Assembly: GCA_031362885.1 (NCBI GenBank)
Contig: JANLTJ010000212.1
Location: 975-64,974, forward strand
Direction of reading: 5' to 3'
Length of the DNA stretch: 64,000 nucleotides
Origin: Betaproteobacteria bacterium
Lineage (GTDB): Bacteria > Pseudomonadota > Gammaproteobacteria > Burkholderiales > JACQAP01
Positions 49,470 to 59,573 of this stretch are shown piece after piece (within the stretch, counting starts at the first letter, position 1; each line of letters begins with the position of its first letter). A model generated the notes under the pieces. It was not told the DNA's origin and made no database searches. It worked only from the letters and a program-made list of their open reading frames with translations. The translations under genes and the position numbers were made by a program.

Positions 49470-50063
49470 ATGACATCGATACCGATTTTTCCGCTCAAAA
49501 CCGTGCTCTACCCGGGGAGTCTGCTGCCACTGAAAATATTCGAGCAGCGCTATCTCGACATGACCAAGACCTGTGTCCGGGATGCTGAACCTTTCGGCGT
49601 ATGTCTGATTCGCGAGGGCCGCGAAGTCGGGCTACCTGCGGTTCCGGAGCCGGTCGGCTGCACCGCCGTCATTTCGGAGTGGGAAATGCCGCAATTGGGA
49701 GTGTTTCATCTGCAAACGCAGGGCCGGCAGCCGTTTCGCATCCTGCGCCAGACCACGCAGACCGGCGGATTGATTCGCGCCGACATTGAACTCCTGGAAG
49801 AAAGCGCTGGCGTGAGCGCGCCGGCGTCGTTCGCGCTGTGCCGCAGCGTGCTGGAACAGATCATCCGCAAAATCGGAGCCGGTTACGTGCGCGGGCCCGT
49901 GGATTACGACAATCCACGCTGGACCGGATACCGCCTCGCGGAACTGCTGCCGCTGGAGCTGACGGACAAACAGGCGTTACTCGAACTGCGCGATGACGGC
50001 GCGCGCATCGAACGGCTGCACACCTTTCTCATGCGTGGCGGTTGGCCGAACACTTATAACTAA
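49470..50063 (+). CDS. LON substrate-binding (N-terminal) domain protein
   Basis: 197 aa. IPIFPLKTVLYPGSLLPLKIFEQRYLDM, the typical Lon N-domain start. No ATPase or protease part. Confidence 0.8.
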   Translation: MTSIPIFPLKTVLYPGSLLPLKIFEQRYLDMTKTCVRDAEPFGVCLIREGREVGLPAVPEPVGCTAVISEWEMPQLGVFHLQTQGRQPFRILRQTTQTGGLIRADIELLEESAGVSAPASFALCRSVLEQIIRKIGAGYVRGPVDYDNPRWTGYRLAELLPLELTDKQALLELRDDGARIERLHTFLMRGGWPNTYN

Positions 50064-51106
50064 ACGGCTTTTCGCGCCAGCTTGCGCAAAATTTCCCGAA
50101 CCGGGACCGGCACTGCGGCGCTCATCGCCTGATCCACGGTCAGCCACGCATGTCCGGGCGCATGCGCGCGTGGCTGCAGGGCGGTCACCCGCAACAATGC
50201 GGGTGTGATGGTCAGCGCGAAGTGGGTAAAGCCATGACGCACATCAACCAGTGTGCCCTCGGAAACCACTTCGGCGCCAAAGCGCGATAACGACGCGCCC
50301 GCCACGTCCTCCAGATCCGCGATTTCCGGAAAACTCCACAGGCCACCCCAGATCCCCGGCGCCGGCCGCTTCTCCAGCAGCACCTCGTGATCGCGCCGCA
50401 GAATCAGCATCACCGTTGTTTTCTCCGGTCTCGGTTTCTTCGGCCGTGGCGATGGCAACTCGGCGGTACGATGTTCGCGGCTGGCTACACATTCGTCTTG
50501 CACAGGACAGTTTTCGCAGCGCGGGCGGCGGCGGGCGCATAGGCCTGCGCCGAGATCCATTAATCCCTGGGTGTAGGCTTCGATCTGGCGCGAGGGCAGC
50601 GCCGACTCGGCGCGTGCCCACAGCAACGCCTGCGTACTTGTCTGCCCCGGAAAACCGGCGATTCCGAAGGCGCGTGCGAACACCCGCTTCACATTGCCAT
50701 CGAGAATGGGATGCCTGGCACCAAATGCGAACACCGCAATAGCGCCGGCCGTCGAACGACCGATGCCGGGCAAAGCAAGGATATCGTCGAAAGCATCGGG
50801 AAACACGCCGTCATGCCGCTGCATGATCGCGCGAGCCGCACGGTGCAGATTACGGGCGCGGGCGTAGTAACCGAGCCCGCTCCACAGGGCCAGCACCTCG
50901 TCTTCGGCAGCGGCGGCAAGGCTTGCCAATTCAGGAAAACGATCCAGAAAACGCCGGTAGTAGGGAATAACCGCCGCCACCTGAGTCTGCTGCAACATGA
51001 TTTCCGACAGCCAGATCCGGTACGCGTTTCGCGTGCCCTGCCACGGAAGGTCGTGGCGGCCCGAGGCCTGCTGCCACTCGATCACGCGCTCGGCAAAGGA
51101 CTTCAT
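50060..51106 (-). CDS. mutY: A/G-specific adenine DNA glycosylase
   Basis: 348 aa. LPWQGTRNAYRIWLSEIMLQQTQV, HhH-GPD (LPGIGRSTAGAI), and 4Fe-4S Cys cluster (CARRRPRCENCPVQDEC). Confidence 0.9.
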   Translation of the reverse strand: MKSFAERVIEWQQASGRHDLPWQGTRNAYRIWLSEIMLQQTQVAAVIPYYRRFLDRFPELASLAAAAEDEVLALWSGLGYYARARNLHRAARAIMQRHDGVFPDAFDDILALPGIGRSTAGAIAVFAFGARHPILDGNVKRVFARAFGIAGFPGQTSTQALLWARAESALPSRQIEAYTQGLMDLGAGLCARRRPRCENCPVQDECVASREHRTAELPSPRPKKPRPEKTTVMLILRRDHEVLLEKRPAPGIWGGLWSFPEIADLEDVAGASLSRFGAEVVSEGTLVDVRHGFTHFALTITPALLRVTALQPRAHAPGHAWLTVDQAMSAAVPVPVREILRKLARKAV

Positions 51107-51128
51107 TTCGACGGTGCAGTTGCCCTGG

Positions 51129-53282
51129 TCAGAACAGTTTTTTCAACTTATCCTTGAGTTTGTCTTCCTGCGTCGCGGGCGGAGCCTGACCGGCCTGCCC
51201 GCCAGCGGGCGCTGCGGCCGGTTCGTTTGTCTTGCCCAACAGTTTTGACTTGAGCTTGTCTTCCAGTTTGTCCTTGACCTCGTCCTTCTTTTCCTCGAGT
51301 TTCTGTCTGGCGGAGTCCGACAGGACTGAACCAAATTCGATTTTGTATTTAAGCGCCGCGAAAGGGCCGTATACACGCACCGGAAGGGTCAGACCTTTGG
51401 CCACATTCTTGCCTTCCTGCCCGGCGCCGGCTGCGGCGGCTTTCACCGCATAGTTGAGCGAGTTGTCCGACAAATTGATATTGCCTTCACCGGTCAGTCG
51501 CAGGACCGGCGCGCTGGCGAGGAAATCGCCATTGTGGGCGATGCCGTTCCTGATATCGAAACTCGCGCTCAGCTCGGAGAATACCGTCTGCTCGCCTGCC
51601 GCCGCGCCTTGTTCCGCCTCGCGCTTGCCGCCGCTCGCCAGGGCTTTGGCGTCGCGCAAAATCTTTGCCAGATCGATTCCCTTGATCGCACCATCCCGGA
51701 GGTCCACTCTGGCGGTGCCGTTGAGCGCTTTTTTCATCGCCGAGACCAGATTGCCGGTGGTCACCACGTCCAGCGCCACGTTGCCACGGCCTTCCATCAG
51801 ATCCTGACCGGTCGCGTCGCGCAGCAAGGGCCCGATCGAAATGCCCGCGAGGTTCTGCTTGATGGCCATGCGGTTGCTGTTCGCATCGACCGACGCCGAG
51901 CCCTTCAGATTGCCTTGGTACAAGTCGGCGGACACCGGATTGATATCGAGCCTGCCGCCTTTGGCCGTGACATCCATGCGCAGATTCTGCGTTTTGACGT
52001 TCGACGCGATCAACTCATCAATACGCAGGCTTCCCGCCAGTTTGAGCGCCTTGATCGGAGAAAAATCGATCGGCTGCTCGGCGGGCGCAGGCGCTGCCGG
52101 GGCGGAGGATTCTGTCTTCTTCTGCACCGGCGGGAGATAGCGATCCACGTTGAGCTTGTCGATCGCGATATCAAAACGAGAAAACGGCGCCGCAAAGTCG
52201 CTGAGGACATACTTGACCTTGATGTTGCTCTCATCGAAGCGCGTGACCAGATCGACACTTGCCGTCTGCCTCTTCAGGTCGGTGCGGGCGGAGCCCGCCA
52301 GCGGTACCTTCAACGTCTTCATCGGCAGTGCCGGCGAAGTGAGGTCGAATTCGCCGGCAAGCTTGGGCAACTCGAAAACCTTTGCTTCAAAATCGGCCGC
52401 GATCGGCGTCGACAAACTGCCTTTGAGCGCGTGATCTGCCTGCCTGGCATCCACGGTGGCCAGAAATTCCCCGATCCGCAGCGCTTTGGCCGACCCTTCG
52501 AGGCCGGCGAGCTTGATGTTTAGTGTGCCCTCCAGTTGCGGGCCTTTAACGGTTACCGAAGTGGTCAGAACCGGGACCGAGAAACTCTTGCTTTGCGGAT
52601 CGGCACTCACGCTGCCGCTGCTTTGCAGTTTCAGATCCAGCTTCGGTTTCGATACTGAGAATCCCGCGGCCAGATCGAATTGGACCGGCACCCCCGGCGC
52701 CACCCGGCCGGTTTCCAGCGCGAGATCCGATACGACATATTCGGCACCGGTCGCCTCATCCTTCCAGCTCAGCGCGACCTTGCTCACTTTGACGCCATTG
52801 ATGTCGAATCTGATCGGGGTCAAGGCGGAGGACCGCGTTTCGGAGGCTGATGCGGTTGCGTCCTGCGTGGATTCCCGGGTGCCCAGCAAATCGTCGAAGT
52901 TGGTTTTGCCGTCCTTGTGCTTGATCAGGCTCGCACGCAGTCCGTCGACCTGGATCTGGTCCACCACCACTTGCCGGGACAGCAGCGGCATCAGCGCCAG
53001 AGAAACACGTATGGTGTCGATACCGGCAAATTCCTTATCACTCTTGAATTCCGACAGCCGGGTTTTTCCCAGTTGCACGCCGAGTTTCGGAAACAACATC
53101 AGCCGGACATCGCCCTCTATGGTTAGAGTCCGCTGCGTCTTTTCCTTGACCAGGGCTGCGACCTGCGCCTTGTACTGGTTTGGATCAAACGTAGCCGCGA
53201 TGAATGCCAGCGCGCCCGCAAACAACAGCACGAAAGCGCCCAAGCCAAACAGAGCCCATTTCACCCATTTCATGAACATCAT
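51129..53282 (-). CDS. AsmA family outer-membrane biogenesis protein
   Basis: 717 aa. N-terminal anchor (WALFGLGAFVLLFAGALAFIAA), then FDPNQYK...LTIEGDVRLMLFPKLGVQL and a long beta-rich body, typical of AsmA. Confidence 0.85.
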   Translation of the reverse strand: MMFMKWVKWALFGLGAFVLLFAGALAFIAATFDPNQYKAQVAALVKEKTQRTLTIEGDVRLMLFPKLGVQLGKTRLSEFKSDKEFAGIDTIRVSLALMPLLSRQVVVDQIQVDGLRASLIKHKDGKTNFDDLLGTRESTQDATASASETRSSALTPIRFDINGVKVSKVALSWKDEATGAEYVVSDLALETGRVAPGVPVQFDLAAGFSVSKPKLDLKLQSSGSVSADPQSKSFSVPVLTTSVTVKGPQLEGTLNIKLAGLEGSAKALRIGEFLATVDARQADHALKGSLSTPIAADFEAKVFELPKLAGEFDLTSPALPMKTLKVPLAGSARTDLKRQTASVDLVTRFDESNIKVKYVLSDFAAPFSRFDIAIDKLNVDRYLPPVQKKTESSAPAAPAPAEQPIDFSPIKALKLAGSLRIDELIASNVKTQNLRMDVTAKGGRLDINPVSADLYQGNLKGSASVDANSNRMAIKQNLAGISIGPLLRDATGQDLMEGRGNVALDVVTTGNLVSAMKKALNGTARVDLRDGAIKGIDLAKILRDAKALASGGKREAEQGAAAGEQTVFSELSASFDIRNGIAHNGDFLASAPVLRLTGEGNINLSDNSLNYAVKAAAAGAGQEGKNVAKGLTLPVRVYGPFAALKYKIEFGSVLSDSARQKLEEKKDEVKDKLEDKLKSKLLGKTNEPAAAPAGGQAGQAPPATQEDKLKDKLKKLF

Positions 53283-53372
53283 CTCGTGTTGAATGCAACG
53301 CCGGCATTATGGCGCCCGCTCGCGGGCAGCGCCATCGTCAACCCGCCGTCCTGGGAAATACTTGGGGGTCTC

Positions 53373-53446
53373 TGGAGCGGGTGATGGGGATCGAACCCAC
53401 GTCTAAAGCTTGGGAAGCTTTCGTTCTACCATTGAACTACACCCGC
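53373..53446 (-). tRNA. tRNA-Gly (anticodon CCC), CCA encoded
   Basis: Minus strand reads GCGGGTG-TA-GTTC-AATGGTA-GAAC-G-AAAGC-TTCCCAA-GCTTT-AGAC-GTGGG-TTCGATC-CCCAT-CACCCGC-T-CCA. This folds by hand into a 74-nt cloverleaf with anticodon CCC. Confidence 0.9.
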
Positions 53447-53487
53447 ATGCTAGGATTGATCTTACCCAATCAGCGACCTGTTTTGAA

Positions 53488-53691
53488 GTGATTGCGCTCA
53501 TCATCAACGGCCAGCCGCGCTCTTTTCGCGCCCCCTTGAACGTCGCCGGTCTGATCGAACAACTGGATCTGCGCGGCAAGCGCGTGGCGCTGGAGCGAAA
53601 CGGCGAAATCGTCCCGCGCGGCCAGTTCAGCGCCCTGGAACTCGCCGACGGCGACGCGCTCGAAATCGTCGTCGCGGTCGGTGGCGGCTGA
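53488..53691 (+). CDS. thiS: sulfur carrier protein ThiS
   Basis: GTG 53488. 67 aa ending ...ALEIVVAVGGG (C-terminal Gly-Gly). Upstream of thiG. The track ORF starts at 53410, inside the tRNA. Confidence 0.85.
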   Translation: MIALIINGQPRSFRAPLNVAGLIEQLDLRGKRVALERNGEIVPRGQFSALELADGDALEIVVAVGGG

Positions 53692-53803
53692 AAAGTGGCG
53701 AGCGGCTTCCAAAGATAGCGAATCGTAAATTCCAAGCCAACCGCCCAGTTAGTGGTTGCCCTTTACTGCTCACGCCTTAGCTCTCACCCCCTTACACCAC
53801 GCC

Positions 53804-54607
53804 ATGGACCAACTCATCATCGCCGGCAAAGCTTACTCCTCGCGCCTGCTGGTCGGCACCGGCAAGTACCGCGACTTCGAACAAACGCGCGTAGCAATCG
53901 AGGCGAGCGGCGCCCAGATCGTGACCGTGGCCATACGCCGAATCAACATCGGCCAGAACCCGGGCGAACCCAGCCTGCTCGATGTGATCACGCCACAGCG
54001 CTACACCATTCTTCCCAACACCGCCGGTTGTTACAGCGCCCATGACGCGGTACGCACCCTGCGCCTGGCGCGCGAACTGCTCGATGGCCATGATTTGGTC
54101 AAACTCGAAGTGCTTGGCGATCCGCACACGCTCTATCCAAATATGCTGGAGACCCTGTCCGCCGCCGAGACGTTGGTGAAGGAAGGCTTCAAGGTGATGG
54201 TGTACACCTCGGACGATCCGATTCTCGCCAAACGCCTGGAAGAAACCGGATGCGTGGCAGTGATGCCACTGGCTTCGCTGATCGGTTCGGGCATGGGCAT
54301 TCTTAATCCGTGGAATCTGGAAATCATTATCGCCAACGCCGCCGTGCCGGTTCTGGTCGATGCCGGCGTGGGCACCGCCTCCGATGCGGCCATTGCCATG
54401 GAACTCGGATGCGATGGCGTGCTGATGAACACCGCCATTGCCGCCGCACAGGATCCGGTGCTGATGGCGTCGGCGATGAAAAAAGCGGTCCAGGCCGGCC
54501 GCGAAGCCAGGCTGGCCGGGCGCATGCCAAAGAAACTCTACGCCGCCGCCCCGTCGTCGCCAGGCGCCGGGATCATTGCCTCCGCCAATCCGGGAAAAGC
54601 CGCCTGA
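53804..54607 (+). CDS. thiG: thiazole synthase
   Basis: [22 protein letters not shown]...LKLEVLGD...[14 protein letters not shown]. Start moved to ATG 53804. Confidence 0.9.
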   Translation: MDQLIIAGKAYSSRLLVGTGKYRDFEQTRVAIEASGAQIVTVAIRRINIGQNPGEPSLLDVITPQRYTILPNTAGCYSAHDAVRTLRLARELLDGHDLVKLEVLGDPHTLYPNMLETLSAAETLVKEGFKVMVYTSDDPILAKRLEETGCVAVMPLASLIGSGMGILNPWNLEIIIANAAVPVLVDAGVGTASDAAIAMELGCDGVLMNTAIAAAQDPVLMASAMKKAVQAGREARLAGRMPKKLYAAAPSSPGAGIIASANPGKAA

Positions 54608-54724
54608 TCGCACGGAAGTAAGCGGGAAAACTCCCTCTGTTCGTTGCCAGCAGGCCGTCCGTACTGCGGATAATCGGTTGTGAATCCCGCCCGACTTTGG
54701 GTACCCGGGACATGGACGGAGCCG

Positions 54725-57298
54725 ATGAGCACACAATCAATACAGGAAAATTCGCCGCCAGACCAGGCTGGCCTCTCCAATTGGAACGGCGATCTGTCCC
54801 GCTCCCCAGCTATGCATGCCATACAAGAAGCGGTGGAGCGCGTTGAAGAGGAAACCGGCGCGGCACTGGCCGCTCAGAATCGCGCACATCGGCAAGCGCG
54901 GGCCCGCGTTGTCGCCGCAGAGCGTGAGCGGCTGGAGGCCGAAGCGGCCCGAATGACTGAACAGCGCACTCGCACTGACGAGGAAGCTGCCCAATCGGCG
55001 GCAGCGCTGATCGAAGCCCAGCGCCTGGCCGTTGCGGCGGCGGAACAGCGCAAGCGCGCCAACCAGACGGCAATCGCGCAGGCGCGCCAACGCGAAGAAA
55101 GCGAAGCGCATGCCGCGCGTTTGGCGGAAACTCAGGCCGCTACCGATCGCACGCTGGGCGAGCGCGCCCGGATACGCGCGGAAGATCTCCAGCGCCAGCT
55201 TACCGATCTGAGCGCGGCCCATGAGCAGCGCGAACAGGAAGAAATTCGCGCCGAAGCGCAGGCGCGCGCCTGTTCCGAAGCGCAAGGACAGGCGCTCGAA
55301 CAGGCGCGCGCCCGCTCCGAGGCCGAGAACCGGGCCGCGCAGGAAGCGCGCGAACGAGCCAACGCGGAGGCCCGTGCCCGCGAGCTGGCTGAATCAAGAG
55401 CCGCCATCGATGTGCGTCTGAAAATGCTGTCTGTCGCGCGCATCGAGGCAGAAGCCAACGCCGCGGCGGAAACAGAAGCACGCATCAAGGCCGAGCAGTC
55501 CGCCCTGGCGGAGGCTCAGGCGCGCGTTGCGCATGAGACCCGCGCCCGCGGCGCCGCCGAGCATCAACTGCGCATGGAGCGGGAACTGGCCAGCGCCGAA
55601 AAATCCCGGGCGGACGAAACCGGCGCGCTCATGCACGAAGCCGAACTGCGTCTGCGCGCGGAACAGGAAGCGCTTGGAGAAATCCAGGCGCGCCGGCTCG
55701 CCGAGCGCAAACAGCGCGAATCGGCAGAGATGCGCCTGCGGATGGAGACGGAGCTTAATGCTGCCGCGCAGAAACGTGCGCAAGCGGAACTGGCCTCGCG
55801 CGAAGCCTCGGCCGAGCGCGTCAGGACCGAATCCGTCGCCGCGGAGCAGGCCCGCACGCGCACCGAACAAGTCAACGAAGCGGCCGGCATTGCCGCAGAG
55901 CAGGCCCTGCTTGACGCCGCCACTACGCAGGCGCAACGTCAGCGCAACGAGTTCGCGCGCGAGACCTTGAAACTCATCGAGCAGCGCACTGCGGCCGAGC
56001 GCGCGGCCGCCGCCGAAGCGCAGGCAGCGTTCGAATCGGCAGCCGCGCAACTGACGGAGTTCGAGCAGAGGATTGAAGCCACCGTTGCCACCTGTAGTCT
56101 GACGCAAGATCAGGCCCAGGCAGCGGCACTCGCGCGGCAGTTGGCCGAAGAACGTCGCGTGCAGGCGGCCGATGAGAAAATACGCAAGGAGCAACACGCC
56201 ATGGCGGAAGCCGAAAGTGCCGCCCAGGCCGAGGCTCTCGCCTGTCAGGCCGTTGAGGAACGCGCACGTCTGTCGATTCGCGCGCGTGCCGCAGCCACGG
56301 CGCGCGAGCGCGCGGAGAAAGATCTGGCGCTTGTACAGACACAGCGCATCGAATCGGAATCCGCGTTGCTGCGCGATGCCAGCGCGCGCACGCAGCTCGA
56401 GCAGGAAGCCGAAAAAATAACCCGTGAACGCGGTCGCATCGAACAGGAAGCCGCCGATGCGGCGCGGGTCCGCTTGCAAGCCGAAACTTCGGCGCGCGAC
56501 TCGGCGCAGGCGCGGCTCGCCGCGGAGCAGGAAGCCAGCGCTGCCGCCGAGGAGTTGGCGCGCACCGAGACCGAACTTACGCACGCCTTGCGCACCGCTA
56601 CTGAATCCGCGCGCCGGAAAATTGCCTTCAGGAACAGTCGCATCAAAGCCGCGCACGAACGCAGCCGCGGCAATGACGAAGTGGTCGCGGCATTAGCGAA
56701 CGTGAAATCGTCCGGCGTAACGCAGGACGAGGAAATGACGAGGAGCGCGCGGTTGCCCCCGATCGCGGTGGCCCATGAAGCATCCACCCGCGAATCTCCG
56801 GAGCAACCGGCGGTTGGCGAAGGAATAGAACATCCGGAACCGGAAACGCGCGACGCCGGATCGCACCAGGCCGGATCTCACGACGCTGGATTTCACGAGA
56901 CCAGGTCCCCTGCCACCGTGCCAAACAGAAGTAGCGAGGGTATGCGAGCTCCATTCCAGGACTATGGATTTCTGGCCAGTGTGGAGATTGCGCCGCCACG
57001 ACGCACCCATGGTAAGGCGCTGGCCGGTGGTGTCATCGCCGCCACGGTCGCCGCCGTGACCTGTGTATTTATCGGCTGGACGCCTTACTCGGGAATAGCG
57101 CAAGCACGCCGCACCGAAATAGAGCCGGCCAAGCCCATCGCGCTCTCAGCGGTTGTACCTCAGGCGCTCACGCCGGTTGAAACGCGGCCAATCTCGCCCC
57201 CATTGGCGACGATGGATGTGCCCAACCTGAGTCTCAGAATGCAACCCGGGCAGTACGCACCAGACAGCAACGCCGCGGGCACAGAGCACACCCCCTGA
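54725..57298 (+). CDS. tail-anchored Ala/Glu/Arg/Gln-rich coiled-coil protein, 857 aa, unknown function
   Basis: About 650 aa of uninterrupted charged helical low-complexity sequence (…AEAQARVAHETRARGAAEHQLRMERELASAEK…). A single TM sits near the C-terminus (ALAGGVIAATVAAVTCVFIGW) with a roughly 70-aa tail. ATG 54725 with GGAG 5 nt upstream is preferred over GTG 54680. Confidence 0.7.
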   Translation: MSTQSIQENSPPDQAGLSNWNGDLSRSPAMHAIQEAVERVEEETGAALAAQNRAHRQARARVVAAERERLEAEAARMTEQRTRTDEEAAQSAAALIEAQRLAVAAAEQRKRANQTAIAQARQREESEAHAARLAETQAATDRTLGERARIRAEDLQRQLTDLSAAHEQREQEEIRAEAQARACSEAQGQALEQARARSEAENRAAQEARERANAEARARELAESRAAIDVRLKMLSVARIEAEANAAAETEARIKAEQSALAEAQARVAHETRARGAAEHQLRMERELASAEKSRADETGALMHEAELRLRAEQEALGEIQARRLAERKQRESAEMRLRMETELNAAAQKRAQAELASREASAERVRTESVAAEQARTRTEQVNEAAGIAAEQALLDAATTQAQRQRNEFARETLKLIEQRTAAERAAAAEAQAAFESAAAQLTEFEQRIEATVATCSLTQDQAQAAALARQLAEERRVQAADEKIRKEQHAMAEAESAAQAEALACQAVEERARLSIRARAAATARERAEKDLALVQTQRIESESALLRDASARTQLEQEAEKITRERGRIEQEAADAARVRLQAETSARDSAQARLAAEQEASAAAEELARTETELTHALRTATESARRKIAFRNSRIKAAHERSRGNDEVVAALANVKSSGVTQDEEMTRSARLPPIAVAHEASTRESPEQPAVGEGIEHPEPETRDAGSHQAGSHDAGFHETRSPATVPNRSSEGMRAPFQDYGFLASVEIAPPRRTHGKALAGGVIAATVAAVTCVFIGWTPYSGIAQARRTEIEPAKPIALSAVVPQALTPVETRPISPPLATMDVPNLSLRMQPGQYAPDSNAAGTEHTP

Positions 57299-57347
57299 CC
57301 GTATTTGATCTGGCGCCGAAACGCCCGGAGCGCTATATTCGCGCCCG

Positions 57348-58025
57348 GTGAACTCTCCGCAACGACCCATTCGAAGTTTTGTGCTGCGCCAGGGTCGCGT
57401 CTCGAACGCGCAGCGGCGCGCGGTCGATGATTTGCTGCCGCGCTTCGGGCTGGCTTACACCGGGGCGGCTAGCGATTTCGGCGCCGCCTTTGGCCGCCGC
57501 GCGCCGCGCTTCCTGGAAATCGGTTTCGGCATGGGGGAGACCACCGCGCAAATCGCCGCCGGGCATCCGCAGCACGACTACCTCGGCATCGAAGTACACA
57601 CCCCAGGGATCGGCGGCCTGCTGCGACTTATCGACGCGCAGCAACTGACCAACATTCGCATCATCCAGCACGACGCGGTGGATGTCGTCACGCACATGAT
57701 CCCGGCCGCGAGCCTGTCCGGCATCCATGTGTTTTTCCCCGACCCCTGGCCCAAGAAACGCCACCACAAACGCCGGCTGCTCCAAACCTCCTTCGTGCAC
57801 TTGCTGGCGAGCCGTCTGCAAGCCGGCGGCTATCTGCATGCAGCGACCGACTGGGAGGAATACGCGGCGCACATCCTTGCGGTGTTCTCGGCCGAGCCTC
57901 TGCTCATCAATAGTGTCGAGAATTTTGCACCGCGGCCCGAATACCGGCCGCTCACCAAGTTTGAAAGCCGTGGCATCAAACTCGGGCATCAGGTACGCGA
58001 TATTGTTTTCCGTGCTTTGGGTTAA
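57348..58025 (+). CDS. trmB: tRNA (guanine-N7)-methyltransferase
   Basis: 225 aa, GTG start. [15 protein letters not shown]...LEIGFGMGE...[15 protein letters not shown]. Confidence 0.9.
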   Translation: MNSPQRPIRSFVLRQGRVSNAQRRAVDDLLPRFGLAYTGAASDFGAAFGRRAPRFLEIGFGMGETTAQIAAGHPQHDYLGIEVHTPGIGGLLRLIDAQQLTNIRIIQHDAVDVVTHMIPAASLSGIHVFFPDPWPKKRHHKRRLLQTSFVHLLASRLQAGGYLHAATDWEEYAAHILAVFSAEPLLINSVENFAPRPEYRPLTKFESRGIKLGHQVRDIVFRALG

Positions 58026-58230
58026 GCCGTCCTGCGGACGCAAGAATGGCATTGACGCAGAGGCAACGGAGGAAAAACAGCGGAGGACACAGAGAACGGC
58101 CATACCCCCTGCGGAATTGTTGTCGAAAATCAGCCTGATTGCCGGCTTTTTCTCTTGGCTGTTTCTTGCCTTTCCTGCGTGAGTTCCGTGTCAACGCTGG
58201 TCAAGCTGGCGGCAGGCGGGCTGACGACGG

Positions 58231-59490
58231 CTAGCGTAGAAATATCTGCAACAAGTCGTTCAGAAAACGCTGGCCTTTAAGCGTCGGCCTCAGGCGCAGG
58301 TGGTCGCGTTCGAGCAATCCGCGCGATTCGGCTTCCTGCAGGGGTTTGCGCAACGCCTGCAGAGACAAGCCGGTGCGCTCGGCGAAAAGCGGCAGTTCAA
58401 TGCCATCGATCAGGCGCAGCGCATTCATCATGAATTCGAACGGCAGATCCGCCACCGCCACCACTTGCTCCTGCTGCACGGCCGCGCCCGCCTGCGCCTG
58501 ATCCATGTATTCGCGCGGCTGTTTGTAGCGCATCTGTCGCAGCACCCGGTCGGGAAACGACAGCTTGCCGTGTGCGCCGGCTCCGATGCCCAGATAATCG
58601 CCGAAGCGCCAATAGTTGAGATTGTGCGCCGCCCGCCTGCCAGGAAGCGCGAAGGCGGAGGTTTCGTAGTGTTCATAGCCGGCCTGGGCGAGCCGCGCTT
58701 CGATGCCTTGCTGCATGTCGGCCGAGGCGTCTTCGTCAGGCACCTGGGGCGGATGACGGTAAAACAGGGTGTTGGGCTCGATGGTGAGATGGTAGGCAGA
58801 GATATGTGCCGGCGAGAAACCGATCGCGGCATCCAGATCGGCCATCGCTTGCGCCTGGGTCTGACCGGGCAGGGCATACATCAGATCAAGATTGAAATTG
58901 TCGAAACTGGCTTGCGCGATCCCGATGGCGGCATATGCCTGAGCCGCGTCGTGGATGCGACCAAGCGCCTTCAGATGAGCGGGATCGAAACTCTGAATGC
59001 CGATCGACAAACGATTGATGCCGAGCGCGCGGAATTGCGCGAATTTGTGTGCCTCGAAAGTGCCCGGATTCGCCTCCAGAGTGATCTCGGCGTCCGGCGC
59101 CAGCGGCAGACGGGCGCGGATGGCGCACAAGAGATCGTCAAGGCCGCGGGCCGAGAGCAACGAGGGCGTGCCGCCACCGAAGAACACGGTGTACACCGTG
59201 CGCCCCCAGACTTGCGGCAATGCGCGGTCCAGATCGGCGATCAGGGCCTGGATATAGCGCTGCTCCGTGACCATGTCGAGATGCACGGCGCCGTCGAGAT
59301 TCATTGCTGCGCCGGGATTTCCCGGCGCGCGGGCGCCGCTGCCCGCCGGCGCTGCCTTCAATTCATGGGAATTGAAGTCGCAATAGGGGCATTTGCGCAC
59401 GCACCAGGGAATATGCACGTACAGCGACAGCGGCGGCAAAGCCGGCAATGCGCTCGCGCGTTTGGTCGTCGCTGGTTCCAGAATGGGCAT
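58231..59490 (-). CDS. hemW: radical SAM heme chaperone HemW (HemN-like)
   Basis: LSLYVHIPWCVRKCPYCDFNS radical-SAM CxxxCxxC. Start moved to ATG 59490; the track ORF extends to 59583. Confidence 0.85.
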   Translation of the reverse strand: MPILEPATTKRASALPALPPLSLYVHIPWCVRKCPYCDFNSHELKAAPAGSGARAPGNPGAAMNLDGAVHLDMVTEQRYIQALIADLDRALPQVWGRTVYTVFFGGGTPSLLSARGLDDLLCAIRARLPLAPDAEITLEANPGTFEAHKFAQFRALGINRLSIGIQSFDPAHLKALGRIHDAAQAYAAIGIAQASFDNFNLDLMYALPGQTQAQAMADLDAAIGFSPAHISAYHLTIEPNTLFYRHPPQVPDEDASADMQQGIEARLAQAGYEHYETSAFALPGRRAAHNLNYWRFGDYLGIGAGAHGKLSFPDRVLRQMRYKQPREYMDQAQAGAAVQQEQVVAVADLPFEFMMNALRLIDGIELPLFAERTGLSLQALRKPLQEAESRGLLERDHLRLRPTLKGQRFLNDLLQIFLR

Positions 59491-59573
59491 GCGCGTGTTG
59501 AAGAAAATCCGGTTTCTACTATAACCTGTGCGGCCGTCCGCCCCTTCAGGCTTCGCACTCCATTTTCGCCACC

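Noticed and set aside
53283-53487. Looked for a TPP riboswitch upstream of thiS-thiG
   Set aside because: Only 41 nt separate thiS from the tRNA-Gly gene on the opposite strand. The conserved CTGAGA / ACCTGATCTGGATAATGCCAGCG-type core is absent from the 200 nt upstream.
55394-56656. 420-aa minus-strand ORF, plus several 60-180-aa ORFs in every frame between 54.7 and 57.1 kb
   Set aside because: These are compositional artefacts of the GCN/GAR/CGN-rich coiled-coil gene. Only the plus frame starting at 54725 has an RBS, a coherent heptad-like sequence and a TM anchor.
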